NCBI GenBank assembly: GCA_963786935.1
Contig: CAWBAN010000001.1
Span: 64,001-128,000 of the forward strand
Reading direction: 5' to 3'
Source: an uncultured bacterium
GTDB taxonomy: Bacteria > Krumholzibacteriota > Krumholzibacteriia > Krumholzibacteriales > Krumholzibacteriaceae
DNA: 64,000 bases
Positions within the stretch are counted from its first letter, which is position 1, and each line of letters starts with the position of its first letter. Both the position numbers and the translations under genes were made by a program. The notes under the pieces are model-generated. The model was given only the letters and a program-made list of their open reading frames with translations. It ran no database searches and was not told where the DNA came from. Positions 57,683 through 64,000 of the stretch are shown piece after piece.

Positions 57683-57741
57683 TTGATTTCGCCGCAAACC
57701 GGGGGCATTCTTTGACGAACCAATCCGTGAAAGCGCAGGAG

Positions 57742-58752
57742 ATGGTGACGAACAAGCGGAAGAATGTGACGAACGAACAGAAGAATGTCGATGAAATCGG
57801 GCGCGAGGTCGTGGCCGCCGAGATCCGCGGGCTCGAGGATCTCCGGCGCTCGATCGGCGCCGAGTTTAAGAAGGCGGTAGCGCTCCTCCTCGAATGCCGC
57901 GGCAAGGCGGTCGTCTGCGGCGTCGGCAAGTCGGGGATCGTCGCGCGCAAGATCGCCGCGACCCTGAGCAGCACCGGCACCCCCGCCGTCTATCTCCATC
58001 CCGGCGACGCGGTCCACGGCGACATGGGGATGATCACGAAGGACGACGTCTTCCTCGCCGTGAGCAAGAGCGGGCAGAACGACGAGCTCTCGAAGCTGCT
58101 CCCGCACGTCAAGCGCATGGGCGTGCGGGTGATCGCGATCACGGCGCGGACGGAGAGCCCGCTGGCCCGGGACAGCGAGATCGTTCTCGTCACGACGGCG
58201 GAGAAGGAAGCCTGCCCGATGGACGTCGTGCCGACAACGAGCACGACGGCGGCCATGGTGCTCGGCGACGCGCTGGCCGTCGCGGCGTTCCAGAGCCGCA
58301 ACTTCAGCAAGGAGGACTTCGCGCGGCTTCACCCGAGCGGCGTCCTCGGCAAGCGCCTGAGCCTCACCGTCGGCGAGCTCATGCACCGGGGGAAGGAAAT
58401 TCCGCTGATCGGCGAGGATACGCTGCTTCGCGAGGCGCTCTTCGAGATCACGAACAAGCGGCTCGGCTGCGCCGGCGTCACCGACGCCGCGGGAAGGCTC
58501 ACCGGCATCATCGTAGACGGCGACCTCAGGCGTATTCTCCTCAAGAATCCGCTCGCGCTCGAGTTGAAGGTCTCCGGTCTCATGACCGCCCCGCCGCGCT
58601 CGACGAGCGCGGCCGTTCTCGCCGTCGACGCCCTCGCCCAGATGGAGATGGATCCCCGGGGCGCCGTGACGCAGCTCTTCGTCGTCGACGAGGCCGGCCG
58701 CCCCGTCGGCCTCATACACATCCACGACATCATCCGCGAGGGGCTCAAGTAG
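57742..58752 (+). CDS. kdsD: Arabinose-5-phosphate isomerase (KpsF/GutQ; SIS plus CBS); start uncertain
   Basis: GVGKSG, STGTPA, HGDMG, PTTSTT, HPSGVLG, CBS pair. Confidence 0.93.
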   Translation: MVTNKRKNVTNEQKNVDEIGREVVAAEIRGLEDLRRSIGAEFKKAVALLLECRGKAVVCGVGKSGIVARKIAATLSSTGTPAVYLHPGDAVHGDMGMITKDDVFLAVSKSGQNDELSKLLPHVKRMGVRVIAITARTESPLARDSEIVLVTTAEKEACPMDVVPTTSTTAAMVLGDALAVAAFQSRNFSKEDFARLHPSGVLGKRLSLTVGELMHRGKEIPLIGEDTLLREALFEITNKRLGCAGVTDAAGRLTGIIVDGDLRRILLKNPLALELKVSGLMTAPPRSTSAAVLAVDALAQMEMDPRGAVTQLFVVDEAGRPVGLIHIHDIIREGLK

Positions 58753-58840
58753 GGTCCGGCGGCCGCTCCGTGACCATTATCTGAAAATTTGCCAATAAGT
58801 TACCCCATGCCATTCCCGGGATTCCCCCGAAGCGGGCAAA

Positions 58841-58910
58841 ACAGCCCCGTTGTTCCCCATAATTCCTTGTGATTCCTCATGGTTACTCATGATTCCCCAT
58901 TGTTCCGCCA
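58841..58910. repeat. Seven 10-bp phased degenerate direct repeats
   Basis: acagccccgt/tgttccccat/aattccttgt/gattcctcat/ggttactcat/gattccccat/tgttccgcca. Confidence 0.8.
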
Positions 58911-58913
58911 CTT

Positions 58914-58929
58914 TGGCATAATTGTTGCT
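58914..58929 (+). promoter_or_regulatory. Sigma54 (-24/-12) promoter motif
   Basis: TGGCAT-AATTG-TTGCT, GG-N10-GC spacing. Confidence 0.7.
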
Positions 58930-58957
58930 TGACAGATGCGGATTCTTGGATTATAAA
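58929..58957 (+). promoter_or_regulatory. Sigma70 promoter abutting the sigma54 motif
   Basis: TTGACA-17 bp-TATAAA, 7 nt before GTG 58965. Confidence 0.7.
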
Positions 58958-58964
58958 CCTGAGG

Positions 58965-59864
58965 GTGAAGAAAAAAATTAGAAGATGGGCAGCCTATCTT
59001 TTCATACAATCTCTCATATGTTGCACGAGGATCGTTCCCCGGCGCAGCGGGCTCGCTCTCTTCGCGTTTCTCGGGGGCGTCGCGTACCGGCTCTATGCGA
59101 AGGACCGGGAGCGCGCGCTTCGGAATCTGGCCCTCGCCTTTCCCCAGAGCGATCCGATGGTCATCGGGGCGATGGCGAAAGGCTGCTTCGCCGCGCTCGC
59201 CCGGAACGTATGGGATGCGCTCTCGCTCGTCCATATGAAGCGGGAGAAGATTCTCCGGCTCTGCACCGTCGAGGGGGAGGAGCACTGGGTCGCCGCGTTC
59301 CGCGAGGGGAAGGGCATTGTCGGGCTGACGGGACATATCGGATGCTGGGAGCTCCTGGCCGCGTATTTCTCGCACAAGGGGTACCCGTTGAGCGTCATCT
59401 ATAGAGACATGAAAGACCCGAGGCTCGAGTCCGTCCTCACGGGCATGCGTCGCCGCCACGGCATCGCGTCGATCCCGCGCGGGGGGAGCGCGATATCGGG
59501 CTACAAGGTTCTCAAGCGGGGCGAGGTTCTCGCGATGCTCATCGATCAGGATATCGACGTGGACGGGCTCTTCGTGCCGTTCTTCGGCGTGCCGGCGCAT
59601 ACGCCGCGCGGCGCCGCCGCCTTCGCGCTCAAGAGCGGGGCGGCGATCGTGCCGCTCGCGATCCACATGCAGCCCGACGGGAGCCAACGCATCACGGTGC
59701 TTCCCGCGCTCGAGAAGCCGCCCGCCGCGCTCCCCGAGGGGGAGCGGATCGACGAGCTGACGCGGAGCTGCTCGCGGGCGGTCGAGAGCCTCGTGAGGAT
59801 CTATCCGCAGCAGTGGGTATGGTTTCACGATCGCTGGAGAAAGCGCGAGGGGGCGCCGCAATGA
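58965..59864 (+). CDS. Lipid A late acyltransferase family (LpxL/HtrB-like)
   Basis: RNLALAFP, TGHIGCWE, LIDQD, VPFFG, PQQWVWFHDRWR. Confidence 0.88.
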   Translation: MKKKIRRWAAYLFIQSLICCTRIVPRRSGLALFAFLGGVAYRLYAKDRERALRNLALAFPQSDPMVIGAMAKGCFAALARNVWDALSLVHMKREKILRLCTVEGEEHWVAAFREGKGIVGLTGHIGCWELLAAYFSHKGYPLSVIYRDMKDPRLESVLTGMRRRHGIASIPRGGSAISGYKVLKRGEVLAMLIDQDIDVDGLFVPFFGVPAHTPRGAAAFALKSGAAIVPLAIHMQPDGSQRITVLPALEKPPAALPEGERIDELTRSCSRAVESLVRIYPQQWVWFHDRWRKREGAPQ

Positions 59865-60490
59865 GCGCGTTCGCACGGACGGCCGGGCTCGATGGATTCC
59901 GCCGCGCCGCAGTCACGCTGCTGGTCCTGTGCTGCGCGGCGGCCCTCGGATCCTGCCAGGGCAAGGACGCGGATCGGGGATCGATCGCGACGGCGGACGT
60001 GCCGGATCAGGAGTTCTCCGACTTCAAGACGCTCGAGAGCGATTCGGCGCTCGTGAAGTGGACGCTCAAGGCGCCCGTCGCCCGCGTCTACAACGCGCGG
60101 AAGCTCCTCGTGACCGACGATCCGCGCATCGAGTTCTTCGACGCGGCCGGGCAGCTCACGTCGATCCTCACCTCCGACAAGGGGGAGTACAACCAGGTCA
60201 CGCACGATCTCACGGCGCTCGGGCACGTCGTGGTCACGAGCATCGAGGGATACGTTCTCGAAACGGAAACGCTCGTCTGGGTGGAAAAGCTCGGCGAGAT
60301 TCATTCGGAAGATTTCGTGAAGTTCACGCGCGGCTCGGACATTCTCACCGGATACGGGCTCCGCGGCGACCCGGGGCTCCGCGACGTGGAGATCAAGCGG
60401 GACGTCAAGGCGTATCTGCGGGACGAGGACGGACAGCTGCGGGAGGAGTTCGATAAGGATGCAGGCTCCGGGGGTGCGCGCGGTGAATGA
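59861..60490 (+). CDS. lptC: LPS export ABC transporter periplasmic protein
   Basis: Lipoprotein-like N-terminus; [23 protein letters not shown] beta-jellyroll pattern; upstream of lptB. Confidence 0.82.
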   Translation: MSAFARTAGLDGFRRAAVTLLVLCCAAALGSCQGKDADRGSIATADVPDQEFSDFKTLESDSALVKWTLKAPVARVYNARKLLVTDDPRIEFFDAAGQLTSILTSDKGEYNQVTHDLTALGHVVVTSIEGYVLETETLVWVEKLGEIHSEDFVKFTRGSDILTGYGLRGDPGLRDVEIKRDVKAYLRDEDGQLREEFDKDAGSGGARGE

Positions 60491-61292
60491 GGCTCATCGC
60501 ATTCCGCTGCGGGACGACGAGGAAGTCGGGCCGGAGGCGGCCGGCGGGGACGCCGTGCCGTCGATCGACGACGCCGGCCTTTCCTGCGACCGCCTCGTCA
60601 AGGTCTACGGCAAGCGCCGCGTCGTGAACGAGGTTTCGATCAAGGTGTCGAAGGGGGAGATCGTCGGCCTCCTCGGGCCGAACGGCGCCGGCAAGACGAC
60701 GTGCTTCTACATCCTCGTCGGGATGATCAAGCCCGACGGGGGCGCGGTGAATCACGACGGCGTCGACATCACGAAGCTCCCCATGTACAAGCGGGCGCGC
60801 CGCGGCATCGGCTACCTGCCGCAGGAGGCGTCGATCTTCAGGCGGCTCTCGGTCGAGGACAACCTCATGGCGATTCTCGAGACGATCCCCCTCTCGAAGG
60901 CCGAGCGCGAGCGGCGCCTCGAGTCGCTCCTCGAGGAGCTCGGCATCGCGCATCTGCGGCGGAGCTACGGATATCAGCTCTCGGGCGGGGAGCGCCGCCG
61001 CGTGGAGATCACCCGGTCGCTCGTCACGGAGCCGTCGTTCATGCTTCTCGACGAGCCGTTCGCGGGCATCGACCCGATCACGGTGCAGGACCTGCAGGGG
61101 ATCGTGCGGAAGCTGCGGGAGCGCGGTCTCGGCATCCTCATCACGGACCACAACGTGCGCGAGACGCTGTCGATCACGGACCGATCCTACATCATGTACG
61201 ACGGAAAAATTCTTCGGGCGGGGACGGGCGAGCAGCTCGCCAACGACCCGGACATTCGCGACATATATCTCGGGAAGGAATTTCGACTCTAA
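60483..61292 (+). CDS. lptB: LPS export ABC transporter ATPase
   Basis: [61 protein letters not shown]. Confidence 0.96.
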   Translation: MNEAHRIPLRDDEEVGPEAAGGDAVPSIDDAGLSCDRLVKVYGKRRVVNEVSIKVSKGEIVGLLGPNGAGKTTCFYILVGMIKPDGGAVNHDGVDITKLPMYKRARRGIGYLPQEASIFRRLSVEDNLMAILETIPLSKAERERRLESLLEELGIAHLRRSYGYQLSGGERRRVEITRSLVTEPSFMLLDEPFAGIDPITVQDLQGIVRKLRERGLGILITDHNVRETLSITDRSYIMYDGKILRAGTGEQLANDPDIRDIYLGKEFRL

Positions 61293-61315
61293 ATCAAGAA
61301 CAGGACGGCACGGCA

Positions 61316-62770
61316 ATGGATATGAAGATCGGGCTCAATATCGGGCTCCAACAGCGTCTCGTGATGACGCCGAAGCTCCAGCAGGCGCTCAAGCTCCTCC
61401 AGATGCCGACCCTCGAGCTTCAGCAGGTGCTCAAGCAGGAGGTCCTCCAGAATCCGCTCCTCGAGGAAGTCGACGACGCGGACATGGAAGCTGACGAGGA
61501 GGAACCCGCGTCGGAGGAGCGGGCCGAGCAGCGCACCGAGGAGCAGCAGGCGAAGATCGCTGAGACCGAGGCGGAGAGCGAAGAGGCGAAGAAGGAGCGC
61601 GTCGAGTTCGACGACTACTTCGAGTCGAGCTTCGGGCTCGGGGACGGATTCGCGAACGAGGAAGACCGCGAGGATTTCGTCGAGCGCGTCCCCGTCGCGA
61701 AGCAGAGCTTCGTCGAGTATCTCATGAGTCAGATGCGGCTCGTCACCAAGGACGAGAAGACCCTCGAGATCGGCGAGTACATCGTCGGAAGCCTCGACGA
61801 TTCGGGCTACCTCACGGCCGCGCTCAAGGAGATCGCCGACACGTGCCGCACGACCGAGGAGGAGGCCGAGCGCGTCCTGAAGATCATCCAGGGCTTCGAT
61901 CCGGTCGGGGTCGGCGCGCGCGACCTCAAGGAGTGCCTCCTCATCCAGCTCGAGGCGAAGGGTATGGGGGACTCGCTCGCCGCGCGCATCGTCCGCGACC
62001 ACTTCAACGAGTTCAAGCAGAAGAAGTACCTCGACCTGAGCAAGGCGCTCAAGGTGTCCATGAAGGAGATTCAGGACGAGGCGCACGTCATCGGCAAGCT
62101 CAATCCGAAGCCCGGCCTCGACATCCTCGGCGACGAGCCGAAGTACGTGATCCCCGATCTCGTCGTCGAGCTCGTGGGGGAGCGGTACATCGTATCGCTC
62201 AACGACCGGAACGTCCCGCGTCTCAGGATCAGCCAGTCGTACCGCGACGAGCTCCAGCAGAACGTCGAGCTCGACACCGAGGCGAAGGATTTCATCCAGA
62301 GCCGCCTCAAGAACGCGAAGTGGCTCATCCAGACGATCGAGCAGCGCCGGCGCACGATGATCAAGGTGATGGAGGCGATCGTCGAGGAGCAGCGGGAGTT
62401 CTTCGAGAAGGGGGCCGCGTTTCTCCGGCCGCTCACCCTCCAGCAGGTGGCGAGCAAGATCAGTATGCACGAGTCGACGGTGAGCCGCGTGACGACGAAC
62501 AAGTATGTTCAGACGCCGCGCGGCGTTTACGAGCTCAAGTACTTCTTCAGCTCGAGCCTCAGCACCGAGGACGGCGACGAGGTGTCCGCGAAGAGCGCCA
62601 AGATGAAGATCAAGGGCATCATCGCCAAGGAAGACACACGAAGGCCCTTGAGCGATCAGAAGATCGCGGATATACTGAAGAAGGACGGGCTCATTATCGC
62701 GCGCCGGACCGTGGCGAAGTACCGGGAGCAGCTCGGCATTCTCCCCGCCCGGCACCGGAAGCAGTACTGA
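61316..62770 (+). CDS. rpoN: RNA polymerase sigma-54 factor
   Basis: MTPKLQQALKLLQMP, HESTVSRV, RpoN box ARRTVAKYRE. Confidence 0.97.
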   Translation: MDMKIGLNIGLQQRLVMTPKLQQALKLLQMPTLELQQVLKQEVLQNPLLEEVDDADMEADEEEPASEERAEQRTEEQQAKIAETEAESEEAKKERVEFDDYFESSFGLGDGFANEEDREDFVERVPVAKQSFVEYLMSQMRLVTKDEKTLEIGEYIVGSLDDSGYLTAALKEIADTCRTTEEEAERVLKIIQGFDPVGVGARDLKECLLIQLEAKGMGDSLAARIVRDHFNEFKQKKYLDLSKALKVSMKEIQDEAHVIGKLNPKPGLDILGDEPKYVIPDLVVELVGERYIVSLNDRNVPRLRISQSYRDELQQNVELDTEAKDFIQSRLKNAKWLIQTIEQRRRTMIKVMEAIVEEQREFFEKGAAFLRPLTLQQVASKISMHESTVSRVTTNKYVQTPRGVYELKYFFSSSLSTEDGDEVSAKSAKMKIKGIIAKEDTRRPLSDQKIADILKKDGLIIARRTVAKYREQLGILPARHRKQY

Positions 62771-62802
62771 GCTTAACCGATTGCCAAGGTTATAGATAAT
62801 AC

Positions 62803-63678
62803 ATGATGGTATCGACCAAGTCTCGCCGATCCGCACGGCTCCCGAGCTGGCTGCAGCGGAGGATCCCCGTCCTCGGGGAATGCAGCCCGATCGAGAGCAT
62901 CGTCCGCGGGAACAATCTCCACACCGTGTGCCGCGAAGCGCTGTGCCCGAACCGCACCGAATGCTACTCGAAGCGCCGGGCCACGTTCCTCATCCTCGGC
63001 GGCGTCTGCACGCGGGGATGCCGTTTCTGCCGGGTCTCGCGGGGAACGCCGCACCCGATCGATCCGGACGAGCACCTGCGGATCGTGAAGGCCGCGGGCA
63101 TGATGAATCTCGAGAACGTCGTCGTGACCTCCGTCACGAGGGACGATCTCCCGGACGGGGGAGCGCGCGTCTTCGCCGACACGGTGGGGGCGCTGAAACG
63201 GCTCCCGAAGCCGCCGGTCGTCGAGGTGCTCGTCCCCGATTTTGGCGGGAGCCTCGAGTCGCTCGCGGCGGTCCTCGCCGCGGGGCCCGAGGTCTTCGCG
63301 CACAACATCGAGACGGTCCGGCGCCTCTACGCGAAGGCGCGCCGGGGCGCCGATTACGATCGATCGCTGTCCCTTCTTTCGGAAGCGAAACGGATTCGCC
63401 CCGAGGTGATCACGAAGTCCTCGTTGATCCTCGGGCTGGGCGAAACGACCGAGGAGGTGCTGGAAGCCTTTCGGGACCTGAGACGCGCGTCGGTCGACTG
63501 CCTGACGGTCGGCCAGTATCTGCGTCCGGGGATCGAGCAGATCCCCGTCCGGAACTACATTCCCCCCGAGCGCTTCGATTGGTACCGAGACGAAGCGCTC
63601 GCGTTGGGCTTCCGCGACGTGGCCGCCGGGCCGCTCGTGCGGAGCTCGTATCAGGATGTGCGCCTCGGTCCCCAGTAG
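62803..63678 (+). CDS. lipA: Lipoyl synthase
   Basis: CREALCPNRTEC, CTRGCRFC, HNIETV, GQYLRP, VRSSY. Confidence 0.95.
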   Translation: MMVSTKSRRSARLPSWLQRRIPVLGECSPIESIVRGNNLHTVCREALCPNRTECYSKRRATFLILGGVCTRGCRFCRVSRGTPHPIDPDEHLRIVKAAGMMNLENVVVTSVTRDDLPDGGARVFADTVGALKRLPKPPVVEVLVPDFGGSLESLAAVLAAGPEVFAHNIETVRRLYAKARRGADYDRSLSLLSEAKRIRPEVITKSSLILGLGETTEEVLEAFRDLRRASVDCLTVGQYLRPGIEQIPVRNYIPPERFDWYRDEALALGFRDVAAGPLVRSSYQDVRLGPQ

Positions 63679-63724
63679 AATTTCGAGAACGGAGCGAAGG
63701 GTAGAAGACGCGAGGAGGTATCGA

Positions 63725-64000
63725 ATGAAGCTCACGACAACGGCCCGGCATTTCGAAGCGACTCCCGAGCTCGTCACATTCGCCGAGAACAAGATACGCA
63801 AGCTGAAGCGGTTCTGGGATCAGATCCTGCACGTCGAGGCGATCATGTCGGTCGAGAAATTCCGGCACATCGCCGAAATCAAGGTTCACGTGAACGGCCA
63901 CGACTTCGCCGCCAAGGAAGAATCGGACGACATGTACGGCTCGATCGAGAAGTCGGTCAAGAACCTCGAAAAGCAGATGAAGAAGTTCAAGGGGAAGCTC
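63725..64000 (+). CDS. hpf: Ribosome hibernation promoting factor (partial, runs off window end)
   Basis: AGGAGG RBS; MKLTTTARHFEAT...KIRKLKRF...DMYGSIEKSVKNLEKQMKKFKGKL. Confidence 0.9.
   Translation, partial: MKLTTTARHFEATPELVTFAENKIRKLKRFWDQILHVEAIMSVEKFRHIAEIKVHVNGHDFAAKEESDDMYGSIEKSVKNLEKQMKKFKGKL

Overview
High-GC chromosomal segment from a Gram-negative (KDO/LPS-making), probably anaerobic bacterium. The anaerobe call is inferred from a two-subunit Fe-S fumarase, Fe-S-type PurF, a DUF362/polyferredoxin pair and a B12 radical SAM gene; the lineage cannot be fixed from sequence alone. Most of the window is housekeeping: OPT transporter with a PqqD-like gene, sigma54 activator, lnt, AlaX, pcm, HDAC, LonC, truA, transaldolase, HtrA, purB-purL-purQ-purS-like-purF, radical SAM-rng, rplU-rpmA, fumarase, kdsB-pyrG-kdsA-kdsD, lpxL-like-lptC-lptB-rpoN-lipA-hpf. 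About 15.6 kb of mostly co-oriented accessory genes lie between rng and rplU, and a brnTA toxin-antitoxin pair lies between kdsA and kdsD. No rRNA, tRNA, CRISPR array, integrase or transposase was recognised. The most striking signal is a ~72-bp hairpin element present three times inside protein-coding genes at domain linkers. It has an invariant 32-bp core that is stop-free in all six frames, and divergent outer arms that still base-pair. Also notable: 10-bp phased repeats next to abutting sigma54/sigma70 promoters upstream of the rpoN-containing gene run, a probable single-chain PurS dimer, two apparent 1-bp frameshifts at G runs, and several probably leaderless genes. All product calls are by eye from motifs and synteny, not database searches.
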